This document shows, piece by piece, positions 16,126 through 24,442 of a stretch of DNA of 26,307 nucleotides (its first letter is position 1; every line of letters begins with the position of its first letter). The stretch lies in IMG/VR virus record IMGVR_UViG_3300038313_000071, positions 1 through 26,307 of that record; one strand, written 5' to 3'. This DNA comes from a virus (lineage: Duplodnaviria; Caudoviricetes). Below the pieces are notes generated by a model. That model was not told the DNA's origin, searched no databases, and saw nothing but the letters and a program-made list of their open reading frames with translations. A program made the position numbers and the translations under genes.

Positions 16126-16152
16126 CCGCTCTTCAACAGGGTGGCTAAATTT
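16123..16152 (+). terminator. Hairpin before the lysis cassette (weak U-tract)
   Basis: TAGCCGCTCT TCAAC AGGGTGGCTA, then AATTT. Confidence 0.45.
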
Positions 16153-16220
16153 ATGCGAAAAATTAGCCAGTGAAGGCTGTTTTAAGCCTCTGTTGGCCTG
16201 ATTTATGGAGGGTGATGTTT

Positions 16221-16340
16221 ATGAGCATCAAAGGAATTGATGTTAGTTACTGCAATGGCACCGTTGACTGGGCAAAGGCAAAGGCTGCTGGCATTCAGTT
16301 TGCCATGCTGCGTGCGGGCTACGGCATAATCGGAGGTTAA
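16221..16340 (+). pseudogene. Truncated GH25 muramidase (endolysin) N-terminal fragment
   Basis: GGAGGGTG RBS, then MSIKGIDVSYCNGTVDWAKAKAAGIQFAMLRAGYG-IIGG*. The GIDVS..NG.VDW...F...RAGYG signature of GH25 stops after 35 residues. Confidence 0.85.
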
Positions 16341-16346
16341 TACATA

Positions 16347-17354
16347 ATGGCAAAAGTATATTTAGACCCGGGACATGGTGGATATGATAGCGGTGCCTGT
16401 GGCTGCGGCAAGCGGGAATGTGACCTTGCCCTACAAATTGCGCTTAAAGTTCGTGACAAGCTAACGGCGGCAGGGATGCAGGTACGTATGAGCCGAACGA
16501 GTAACAACGTGCCTTGCAATTGCGACCATGACGAACTTCCTAGGCGCCCACGAGAAGCAAATAATTGGGACGCTGACATCTATGTAAGTATCCACCTTAA
16601 CGCTTGCCCTGGCGGCCATGGCATCGAAACGTTGCATAGCGTTGTAGGTGGTAAGTCTACCGTACTGGCACAGGACATCCAGGCTGCTGTACTAGCGGCT
16701 TGCCCCGGGTACACTGATAGAGGGTTGAAAACACAGCTATCCAGCGACGGCGTTCATGACCGTGTGTGCGTTATCCGTGAGTCTGCCATGCCTGCGGCGC
16801 TTGTAGAATGCGGATTTATTGACAATCCGGCGGATATGAGCCACTGGAATGCGGACAAGTTTGCACAAGGCATTACGGCTGGTATCTGCAAATATTTTGG
16901 CGTAATTACTAACATCTCTGCAACACCCCAAGCACAAGCGGCCGCATCCAGTGGTGGCAGAAGCGCCATCATCTGTACCGCACAGCAGTTTTACAATGCT
17001 CGCGGTGCCGGACTCAAGACAGACGGATACTGGGGACCCGCTACGCGCAAGGCGGCAACCGCCAGTGTCCAGCGCGGATGTAATCAAGCCTATGGCGCGG
17101 GACTTACCGTGGATGGCATTTGGGGACCGCGCACCGAGGCGGCCGTGCGCACACTCCGGCGCGGCAATGATAACGCTGCCGTCTGGTCACTGCAGGCTGT
17201 CCTTATGGCACATGGGTACAGTGTCGGCTCTGCCGGCATCGACGGCAAATTCGGCGCCGGTACGGAAGCAGCGGTTCGGACGTACCAACGTGCGGCCGGG
17301 CTGACGGTTGATGGTTTGGCCGGCAGGGCAACCTTCGCAGCACTGTGCAAGTAG
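16347..17354 (+). CDS. Endolysin: N-acetylmuramoyl-L-alanine amidase (Amidase_3) with C-terminal PG_binding_1 repeats
   Basis: LDPGHGG.DSGA, E, SIHLNA and PAALVECGFIDN motifs. Repeated L.VDG.WGP.T and DG.FG..TE.AV..YQ...GL.VDG.AG..T motifs. Confidence 0.93.
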   Translation: MAKVYLDPGHGGYDSGACGCGKRECDLALQIALKVRDKLTAAGMQVRMSRTSNNVPCNCDHDELPRRPREANNWDADIYVSIHLNACPGGHGIETLHSVVGGKSTVLAQDIQAAVLAACPGYTDRGLKTQLSSDGVHDRVCVIRESAMPAALVECGFIDNPADMSHWNADKFAQGITAGICKYFGVITNISATPQAQAAASSGGRSAIICTAQQFYNARGAGLKTDGYWGPATRKAATASVQRGCNQAYGAGLTVDGIWGPRTEAAVRTLRRGNDNAAVWSLQAVLMAHGYSVGSAGIDGKFGAGTEAAVRTYQRAAGLTVDGLAGRATFAALCK

Positions 17355-17366
17355 GGAGGCACAAAT

Positions 17367-17657
17367 GTGACGGGATTTGAGGAGATGGCAAAGGAAGCGC
17401 TTGACAGTGCGAAGAGTGCACACCACAGAATAGACGGACTAGAAGAAGAAATCAAAGACATACATAATTTAGCTGAAACAATGGCGGCCATGCAGGAGCA
17501 AATGAAAAGCATGGGTGGAGACATATCAGAAGTTAAGGGCAGCATAAAAGTAATTACAAGCAAGCCTGCTAACCGATGGGAACTGCTCGTGCAAACGCTG
17601 ATAACGGCTTTCGCCGGCGGACTCTGCGCGCTGCTGTTGGCACAAATACATTTTTAG
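17367..17657 (+). CDS. Lysis-cassette membrane protein (XhlA-like coiled coil with one C-terminal TM segment)
   Basis: KSAHHRIDGLE...KPANRWE then a hydrophobic tail. GGGAGG RBS. Confidence 0.75.
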   Translation: MTGFEEMAKEALDSAKSAHHRIDGLEEEIKDIHNLAETMAAMQEQMKSMGGDISEVKGSIKVITSKPANRWELLVQTLITAFAGGLCALLLAQIHF

Positions 17658-17669
17658 TGGGGGTACATA

Positions 17670-17957
17670 ATGGAAATCAACTGGAAAGTCCGTATGAAGA
17701 ATCCGCTGTTCTGGGCGCAGATTGCGGTTGCCATTGTGTCGCCTATCCTCGTCGGGCTGGGTATGCAGTGGTCTGATATGACGACTTGGCAGACATTGGG
17801 TGGTGCCCTGCTGCGCGCTGTCAGCAACCCGGTGATTGTGGTTGCAATGGTTGCATCTGTGTGGACTGCGCTTACCGACCCAACAACCAAGGGTTTCGGT
17901 GACAGCCAGCGGGCACTGAGTTATGAGAATCTGTCCATACAAAATAAAAACATGTGA
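17670..17957 (+). CDS. Holin (phi LC3 family)
   Basis: INWKVR.KNP.FW, two TM segments, DPTT.G.GDS..AL.Y. Confidence 0.92.
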   Translation: MEINWKVRMKNPLFWAQIAVAIVSPILVGLGMQWSDMTTWQTLGGALLRAVSNPVIVVAMVASVWTALTDPTTKGFGDSQRALSYENLSIQNKNM

Positions 17958-17980
17958 CGGATATTCACATTAGAGATAAT

Positions 17981-18038
17981 AAAAAGTACCCCCCCGGCAG
18001 GCGACCATTTTCAGGTCGCCCGCTGAGGGGCATTTTTT
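17981..18038. terminator. Bidirectional terminator at the end of the late operon
   Basis: AAAAA..CCCC..GGCGACC loop GGTCGCC..GGGG CATTTTTT, between convergent arms. Confidence 0.8.
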
Positions 18039-18060
18039 GTTGTTTATTTGTTGTTTATTT
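18036..18060. repeat. 11-bp tandem repeat TTTGTTGTTTA x2 (possible integrase arm-type sites)
   Basis: TTTGTTGTTTA TTTGTTGTTTA TTT directly after the lysis terminator. The function is inferred only. Confidence 0.6.
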
Positions 18061-18166
18061 AATCAAAAACAGCGGTATTGCTCTGCTGCCGCGCTATTTC
18101 AAGCGTAAAATAGTTTTTCGGTAAGTTGTAAGCTGCTGCAATTTTAGCAAGCGTGTCATTGCCATC

Positions 18167-18574
18167 TTATATTTCGTTCAAATTCTTTGCGACTTGAATT
18201 AAAAACTTTTTTCTTAATCGCTTCATGGAACGCAATGATACCGGCAAATTAATATCATCCATTCTGATATTTTCAAACAAGTTTAATTTTATAAACTCCC
18301 TTTGATACGGTTCTGTAAATTCATCCCATGCCTGCTCTACTGCTTTAATCTTACGTTCATTTTCAGCCTGTCGCAATATTATACGTTCAGCTTTCTGTGC
18401 TGTGGTATTACTTGTCCCGCTTCCGCGCGGTTGACCGTCTGAAACGGGTGATGCATGTATGATTTCATCTTCAATCTCTTTTCGGCGCATAAGCATTGCG
18501 TAATAGGACTTTGATACATTCACAGCTGTACGGTAAATATCGTTCGGCAGACTTATGTATTTAGGATTGTACAT
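18167..18574 (-). CDS. ArpU/RinA-like late transcriptional regulator
   Basis: 135 aa. DGQPRGSG.SN.T..KA, I.AVEQA and a C-terminal S.R...R.RKKF...VA..L HTH-like end. Last gene of the early module. Confidence 0.65.
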   Translation of the reverse strand: MYNPKYISLPNDIYRTAVNVSKSYYAMLMRRKEIEDEIIHASPVSDGQPRGSGTSNTTAQKAERIILRQAENERKIKAVEQAWDEFTEPYQREFIKLNLFENIRMDDINLPVSLRSMKRLRKKFLIQVAKNLNEI

Positions 18575-18927
18575 GCGCTCGCCTCCTTATCCATGCGAGC
18601 GCCGCATGTCGGGCAGGTCAACCATTCTTCCGTCGGGTCACATCCGTTGTTTCCATGTGTGTCCTCATCTTCGCAGCTACCCCAACTTGTGGAAATGATT
18701 CTTCCACAATGTGAACACTCAAACAAAACATCGTGGCCGGGTTCGACTTCCTTCCAGTGAGCGTACACCACCCGCTTATACTCTCCTGCGGCGATGGCGC
18801 GGAGCAGGGATGCGGTTTGTTTGAGAAACGGGACGCTATCTTGAGTGCAAATATACGCATCTGTTTCTGCGATTTTAGCTATCCATTCCAGCTTTTCAGC
18901 CGCTTCAAGCGGCGTAAGGTCAAGCAT
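18553..18927 (-). CDS. Hypothetical phage protein with a zinc ribbon
   Basis: VV.A.W...CSHCG...CPTCGARMD pattern. Translationally coupled to its neighbours. Confidence 0.75.
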   Translation of the reverse strand: MLDLTPLEAAEKLEWIAKIAETDAYICTQDSVPFLKQTASLLRAIAAGEYKRVVYAHWKEVEPGHDVLFECSHCGRIISTSWGSCEDEDTHGNNGCDPTEEWLTCPTCGARMDKEASACTILNT

Positions 18928-19855
18928 GGTTTTTCACTCCTTCAAATTCAAGTTGCCCATCAAGATTTTTATTTTCCATCCACCAATCAAACATCTTCTT
19001 GCCGGTACGCCAATCTTTTTTGTCGATAATACCACATTTTCCTAATGCCTTGCGTCGTGCTATGCACCGGTCGAATGCGCAAATGTACATATTTTTATAC
19101 GCTGGATATTTTGCAAATTCGGCCAAGCGCTTTTTTCGTGATGCTAAAGGGCAGCCGATACAGCCAACACGGTCAAAGGCATAGCCATAATCATATAGCG
19201 GGTTATATTCAAGATGCTCTGAGCGTATGTAATTCCATACATCTTCGTCAGTCCAGTCCAGAATTGGTAATACAGATACAGACTTGTGCTTTTTGCAGGC
19301 AGCTATCATCTGGCAATCATAAATTTCTGGAAGCTTTTGTGCCTCGCTGAATACTTCTGCTGTATGCTCATAGCTGAATCTTCCCTTGTCTGCTTTCCTA
19401 GATGTTCTAATTTCAAATTCTGCGGAATCGGCTCTTCCTTTGCTTTCTGACACTCGAACTCCTGTAGCAATATAGCGGTGGCTTCCGGTAGTTTCTTTCA
19501 AAATTCTGCAACAATATCTTGCAAAGCGCGTAGGAGGCATCAATTCCTGTGGAATCAGCGCCCACATGGAAGTGCGCTTGCCTTTATAAACTGGATAGTG
19601 AATTTCAGTTTTAACTCCCGCGCATTCAAGCTCGTGCATCTGCCTGCGCACATATCTTACAGTTTCCGGTGCGTCAGCCGTTGTGTGGCTATGCACCACC
19701 TCGTATTTAATCCCTGCCGCTTTGGCAATGGCAAGCAGTACGAGAGAGTCTTTACCGCCCGAATTACAAATTAGTAAAGGCTTCTGGTAATATTGCTGTG
19801 ACATTTTCGCGGCAAGCTGCAACCGCTTTATTGCTGTATGCTCAATGTCAGCCAT
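18920..19855 (-). CDS. PAPS-reductase-family (PP-loop, Fe-S) protein
   Basis: SGGKDS, HT..D.PET, RYCC..LKE, GVR.SES..R, PI.DWT.EDVW.YI and RVGCIGCP motifs. Confidence 0.9.
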   Translation of the reverse strand: MADIEHTAIKRLQLAAKMSQQYYQKPLLICNSGGKDSLVLLAIAKAAGIKYEVVHSHTTADAPETVRYVRRQMHELECAGVKTEIHYPVYKGKRTSMWALIPQELMPPTRFARYCCRILKETTGSHRYIATGVRVSESKGRADSAEFEIRTSRKADKGRFSYEHTAEVFSEAQKLPEIYDCQMIAACKKHKSVSVLPILDWTDEDVWNYIRSEHLEYNPLYDYGYAFDRVGCIGCPLASRKKRLAEFAKYPAYKNMYICAFDRCIARRKALGKCGIIDKKDWRTGKKMFDWWMENKNLDGQLEFEGVKNHA

Positions 19856-20201
19856 CGTGTCCCTCCTGTTCCTGCACCTGCTGGGCGAAAAATTCTATTT
19901 CGGAGCGCACCGTTTTGAAATCGTCGAATCTGTGGTACCGGCAAGCAAGCTCCAGCGCCTTTTCTGCACGTTTCTTATCGGATTTCAGCGTGGCAATCTG
20001 CTCTCTCAGTCGTACAATTTCCATATACTGTGCGGCTTTATCTCGCTCGTCCTGTTCCACCTCGGCAAGCAGGGTGGGAAGGTCATTAAGCACAATCGCC
20101 CACGATAAGCACGCGCAGTCAAGGTCATTGCCTTTTTGCTTCTCCGCTTTCGCCTCCTGCTCCCGTGCCTTGATTTCTTCTAAGTACTTAGCGTCCATCA
20201 T
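19848..20201 (-). CDS. Hypothetical phage protein (coiled coil)
   Basis: AGGAGG RBS. LEEIKAR...D.P.LLAEVE and KALELAC patterns are common in phage early genes. Confidence 0.75.
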   Translation of the reverse strand: MMDAKYLEEIKAREQEAKAEKQKGNDLDCACLSWAIVLNDLPTLLAEVEQDERDKAAQYMEIVRLREQIATLKSDKKRAEKALELACRYHRFDDFKTVRSEIEFFAQQVQEQEGHDG

Positions 20202-20210
20202 TTTTCCTCC

Positions 20211-20450
20211 TTAAACTTTATGGTTTTGCAAACACGCAATCTGCCATAATCGTTGTTCTGCCCGTGCCTGATTGGCACAGATTTCGTGTCGCTGATACCG
20301 CCTGAGCGTCCACCTGATTCCGTTTACATATGCCAATTCATTTTCAGACAATTCAGGCAATTCTTTTTGACATGCTATGTGGTTTAGCTGTTTTGCCCGC
20401 TCGTTTGGGCCGTGTTTGGGTTCGGCAGGCTTAGATATTTTGTGACGCAT
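20211..20450 (-). CDS. Hypothetical protein (79 aa)
   Basis: AGGAGG RBS before ATG 20450 (MRHKISKP...). Overlaps the VRR-NUC 3' end by 67 nt. Confidence 0.5.
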   Translation of the reverse strand: MRHKISKPAEPKHGPNERAKQLNHIACQKELPELSENELAYVNGIRWTLRRYQRHEICANQARAEQRLWQIACLQNHKV

Positions 20451-20809
20451 TTTATCGCCTCCTGATACCCGTGGCAAATGCAAGCGCAATAGCCATGCTC
20501 CGATAACTTGTCAATCCACCACAGCTGCTCTTTAGACGGACGCCCTTTAGCCGTTTTAAGTTCTATGTACAGCCCGTGAAACCCTCCATGCGGGCAGGGA
20601 AGCGACAAATCCGGTACACCTTTTTTTACTCCGGATGCCTTGTCAACCGCAATTTGTTTTGCATCGGCATAGGCAGTTTCGTTTTTGATGTGGTGTAGCA
20701 TTGCGAGTTCAGGGAACTGACTGCGAATTGATGGCTGTTCGCTCCAAAGAAAAATCGCATGCTGTATAGATGATTCCTGCATAGGGTTGAGTTTGAACAC
20801 ACGGTTCAT
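20384..20809 (-). CDS. VRR-NUC domain nuclease
   Basis: ES.IQ, HHI.NE, GV.KGVPDL, YIELK...GR.S.EQ..W...L motifs. Confidence 0.92.
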   Translation of the reverse strand: MNRVFKLNPMQESSIQHAIFLWSEQPSIRSQFPELAMLHHIKNETAYADAKQIAVDKASGVKKGVPDLSLPCPHGGFHGLYIELKTAKGRPSKEQLWWIDKLSEHGYCACICHGYQEAIKCVTKYLSLPNPNTAQTSGQNS

Positions 20810-22326
20810 CCTGCTTTCCTCCTATCAAATTTGCGCCTTAATATTTCGCTTGCCTGTAATTTTGTCAAATTACTACAGTCGAGTCCTTTGTACATCCGAC
20901 TTACAAGCTGTACTTGCTTACCGCTCGCCGATTGCGTCCCCCAACGTTTCGCAGATGATATATCCCAGATGTACTTTTCGCTCATATGGTCGCGGCATAG
21001 CTGCTGAAATGCACGGTCAAGCGCCTGCTGCATCGGCACAACAGGTCCGCCATTGCGAAAATGTACTTGTCCACAAGCATCTGGTGCTGGTATGCAATAT
21101 TTTTTTCCGGGAAGTGAAAGTGTCAAATCTCCATCAGGTTGCTTAAACCACCACACACCGTGTGTATTATACGACTGTTTCTTTGCCCATAAGTCAACAA
21201 TTTCAACATTTCTTATCCAGCTTTCAGGACAGTCGCTCAATTCGGATGCCTTGTCTGGTAGGTCAAACAATAGCCCTTCGAGCGCCTGCTGCTTCTTTTC
21301 TGGCACGGGCGATAAATCTATGCCCAATAAAGACGGGGCCGTACAGAGGCTCCTAGAGCCCGTTACGCCTACGCAGTCAATCAGATTTAGCTTATCCTTA
21401 CCGGGTGCCAGCCGCAGCCCGCGGCCAACCATCTGTGTATACAATGCATCCGACTTGGTAGGCCTGGCAATAATAACCGTCTCGACTCGCGGAATGTCTG
21501 TGCCCTCGGTAAAAACCATGCAGTTTACAAGGCAAGGGACGGTTCCGTTTGTAAGTCCGTCAATTAATGCTTGACGTTCTGCTGGAGGCGTTTTCCCGCT
21601 TACAACGGCCGCGCCTGGTATCCGTTTTGCAATTTCATTCGCCTGCTTAACAGACACGGAAAATATAAGTGTGGCGCCAACGGCCATGCCCTTGTACGCT
21701 TGCGCGATTGCATCCGCGGTCCCATCCATTGCTTCCGCCAGTTCTCCAGGCGCATAATCATCTCCGGAAACTTTTACGTGGCTCAAGTCATATCCGATTT
21801 CAGCACGGCGGCAATAAATATCAGATAAATATCCTTGTTGAATTCCCCATTTCAAGTCACGTTCAAATATGATGCCTTGAAACACGTCATCCAGCCGGGC
21901 CGAATCTCCGCGGTTCGGCGTTGCTGTAAATCCAATTATTTGTTTCGGCTCAAAATAATCTAAAATCTGTTTGTAACTTTTTGCAGCGGAATGATGTGCT
22001 TCATCAACAATAATCCGTTCAAAGTCATCTGGCCTAAACTTGTCCATGCGGTGTGCCATGGTTTGTACGCTTGCGGACACAACCGGTTCTCCGTGACTGT
22101 GCTGCGAACCTAACTCAATTCCATAATCACAGTCATAATATTTTTTAGGCTGTGTCACTAATTCACGTCTGTGTGAAAGAATAAGTGTTCGCCCATCCCG
22201 TGGCAGATTTGCAAATGTAACAGTCTTGCCTAATCCGGTAGCCATAACTACCAGCCACTTCCCAGGACCAGAGCGAACAATCGAATCAACACATTCTTTT
22301 TGATATTCACGCAAATGTATATTCAT
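20806..22326 (-). CDS. Superfamily II DEAD/DEAH-box helicase
   Basis: LREYQ, ATGLGKT, DEAHH, TATP, TEGTDIP and QMVGRGLR motifs. Likely start ATG 22326 follows AAGGAGG; the longer ORF call runs into the origin. Confidence 0.93.
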   Translation of the reverse strand: MNIHLREYQKECVDSIVRSGPGKWLVVMATGLGKTVTFANLPRDGRTLILSHRRELVTQPKKYYDCDYGIELGSQHSHGEPVVSASVQTMAHRMDKFRPDDFERIIVDEAHHSAAKSYKQILDYFEPKQIIGFTATPNRGDSARLDDVFQGIIFERDLKWGIQQGYLSDIYCRRAEIGYDLSHVKVSGDDYAPGELAEAMDGTADAIAQAYKGMAVGATLIFSVSVKQANEIAKRIPGAAVVSGKTPPAERQALIDGLTNGTVPCLVNCMVFTEGTDIPRVETVIIARPTKSDALYTQMVGRGLRLAPGKDKLNLIDCVGVTGSRSLCTAPSLLGIDLSPVPEKKQQALEGLLFDLPDKASELSDCPESWIRNVEIVDLWAKKQSYNTHGVWWFKQPDGDLTLSLPGKKYCIPAPDACGQVHFRNGGPVVPMQQALDRAFQQLCRDHMSEKYIWDISSAKRWGTQSASGKQVQLVSRMYKGLDCSNLTKLQASEILRRKFDRRKAG

Positions 22327-22350
22327 GCAAAATATAAACCTCCTTCGTGT

Positions 22351-22563
22351 ATCCCCACTGTTTCCACTGCATACCCACATAGGTGGGGACGCTGAAACCC
22401 GCACTACTATGCGACTTTTTAGCCAAATCCCCACAATCCCCACATAATCTCCCCAAAGCCCTATAGGGGAAAAATATTTTTTGAAATATTTTAGAAAAAT
22501 ATCTCTTATAAATAGCACGTGTGTATTGCGGAAACAGTGGGGATTGTGGGGATTGTGGGGATT
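22351..22563. repeat. Putative replication origin: CCCCAC/GTGGGG iterons in direct and inverted orientation around an AT-rich core
   Basis: 15-bp perfect inverted repeat 22351-22365 / 22530-22544 and 19-bp perfect inverted repeat 22426-22444 / 22545-22563. AT-rich core at ~22470-22515. Directly downstream of the DUF927 gene. Confidence 0.75.
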
Positions 22564-22582
22564 ATAATTCTAATAAGAAATT

Positions 22583-24442
22583 TTAGTTATCAAAAGGCAA
22601 GTCCTCTTTTGCTAAATCATCGTCAAAGCTGTCCATGATTACAGCGATACAACGAACATTTGATACTCCATTTACACGTTTCATGATGGTATATCGTTTA
22701 GATGACTCACCATTTTGTAACTTTATTTTGCCGTTTTTCTTCATCCACGCCTTAACTGGCTTGGGGTCGTACCCCTCATTTCTGCATATTTTATCAAAAA
22801 TGGATGAAATGATATACGCTGTGTCGCCCTCAATAACGCCGTAAACGTCGTTATAATCTCCATCTGGATGTACGCGCATTTTGTTTGCATTCTGCGCTAC
22901 CCAATCGCAAATGTATTCATATCCGCGCTTACCAACATTCACTTCATCCTTTGTTGCCAGAAATTTTGAAATTTCTTGGACTGTCAACGCTTGCCCATCT
23001 TGGAAAATCCAGTCTGTCGCAAGCTTGTCCGCGGTCAAAATGCATGCTGCTGCCATAGCCTGCTTCTCAGTAGATTCTCCTTTCAAAAGCTGATTGAAAA
23101 AATCATCATAAACCTTTTGAGCAACTTCTACATTTACACCGTTATAGAGATTATCAACAAACATTTTTCCAGCATGTCCATAACTTCTATGCAGCAAATT
23201 AACTAACGTGTGGCCGTCTGTAATGATGGGCTTGTCAGGCGAACATTCTATACTAATAACACGATTTATCGCGCCTGCGCCGCTGCTGGATGCCGTAAGG
23301 GGTGTTTCGCCGGTTGTAATAATGCAGTTGGCCCATGTGGGCGTTACGTCAATTCCACCCGTCTTGTTCCCGCGCGTTCGTCCACGTCCTTCAGACAGCA
23401 AATATACAATATCGAATTTATTCCGTCCGTGAGAATCTTTTAATAGCTGCAGTTCATCAATCATGTATGGGCAGTGATTAAAGAACGCTGCTGTACGTTC
23501 CAAACCAACTTGCGTTGCGTTGAAAGTTTGTATGTATGCGTTGCCCTGATGGTCTGGATTTCCCCATACAGAAGCGGCACACATTAGTGCTACTGTCTTT
23601 CCGCTGCCAGATTCGCCGGACCATATGTGCACGAAAAATGGATTGATATGGAGAGGAGAAACTAAAACACTGGCAAATGCTGATGCTATTACAATACGCA
23701 ACTCTACATTTGTACCCCGTAATCCTCTGAATAGTTTTAACCAACTTTCAAATTTTCCATAGGGCTGAATTGAATTGTACGCATTTTTATAATCGTTATC
23801 GTCAAAAGTCACATCAGGTATATATGGTGAAAACCCTACACCCGGTATCATCCCAAGCCGACTGACTGACTCAACTTCTGGTATTAAGTCCATGTTTAAG
23901 TTTTCCAGATTGAACAAATAGTCTACTAGATTTTTTGCTGTTTCAGATGTGACAGAAATTCCAAATGCAACTAAATCAACTATTTTTCGTGCGTTTGCAA
24001 TTACTGATTTTGGAACTATCCTGCGTTGCCATCTGTGACATTTTGAATAAGCAAGTTCAACTTTCTGTTCCCCAGTATCAATGTCAGTAATAATTTTTGT
24101 AATCGTAATAGGGCAGGCAGAAGCAATTATTGACTCGCTGTTTTTACCTCCATCTTTATACACTCCGCTATCTGTTGCTTTCCAAACTCCAGAGCGCAAT
24201 TCTATTGGCTGCCCGGAGAAATTTGTTTTTTCACACATATCAATTACTTTTGATTGGTTTTTGGGCTCTGATTCCTTAACAAATGAATTCCAAAGTTTAT
24301 TGAATCTTTTTACTCCAACTGCATTGGCATTTTTAGCAAGTTTGTTATATGCTATATTTCGTTCAAAGTCAGAATCGATACTCAAAACTTTTTCATAAGG
24401 CGCTGGGGTGTCAAAGTCTTCTGCTTTATAGTTGAATTTCAT
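22583..24442 (-). CDS. DUF927-domain replicative helicase/ATPase
   Basis: CPI.I..I..DID.GE.KVELAY, Walker A GESGSGKT, ASVWGNP, Walker B IDELQ, G.GR.RG.K.GG and TTGE motifs. Confidence 0.88.
   Translation of the reverse strand: MKFNYKAEDFDTPAPYEKVLSIDSDFERNIAYNKLAKNANAVGVKRFNKLWNSFVKESEPKNQSKVIDMCEKTNFSGQPIELRSGVWKATDSGVYKDGGKNSESIIASACPITITKIITDIDTGEQKVELAYSKCHRWQRRIVPKSVIANARKIVDLVAFGISVTSETAKNLVDYLFNLENLNMDLIPEVESVSRLGMIPGVGFSPYIPDVTFDDNDYKNAYNSIQPYGKFESWLKLFRGLRGTNVELRIVIASAFASVLVSPLHINPFFVHIWSGESGSGKTVALMCAASVWGNPDHQGNAYIQTFNATQVGLERTAAFFNHCPYMIDELQLLKDSHGRNKFDIVYLLSEGRGRTRGNKTGGIDVTPTWANCIITTGETPLTASSSGAGAINRVISIECSPDKPIITDGHTLVNLLHRSYGHAGKMFVDNLYNGVNVEVAQKVYDDFFNQLLKGESTEKQAMAAACILTADKLATDWIFQDGQALTVQEISKFLATKDEVNVGKRGYEYICDWVAQNANKMRVHPDGDYNDVYGVIEGDTAYIISSIFDKICRNEGYDPKPVKAWMKKNGKIKLQNGESSKRYTIMKRVNGVSNVRCIAVIMDSFDDDLAKEDLPFDN

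Noticed and set aside
77-17942. Numerous minus-strand ORFs under the structural genes (e.g. 1186-1857, 2450-3055, 10620-11267)
   Set aside because: They are antisense shadows of well-supported genes, with no recognisable motifs.
17952-17970. Palindrome ATGTGA-N7-TCACAT as a CRP/FNR-like operator
   Set aside because: Spacing is one base longer than canonical, it is a single copy overlapping the holin stop, and there is no adjacent promoter.
18040-18166. tRNA or tmRNA 3' end as an attachment site
   Set aside because: No T-arm GTTCGA/CCA signature or tag-peptide frame is recognisable.
22327-22518. 64-aa N-terminal extension of the SF2 helicase in the ORF track
   Set aside because: It runs through the iteron region. 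The strong RBS and LREYQ Q-motif place the start at 22326.
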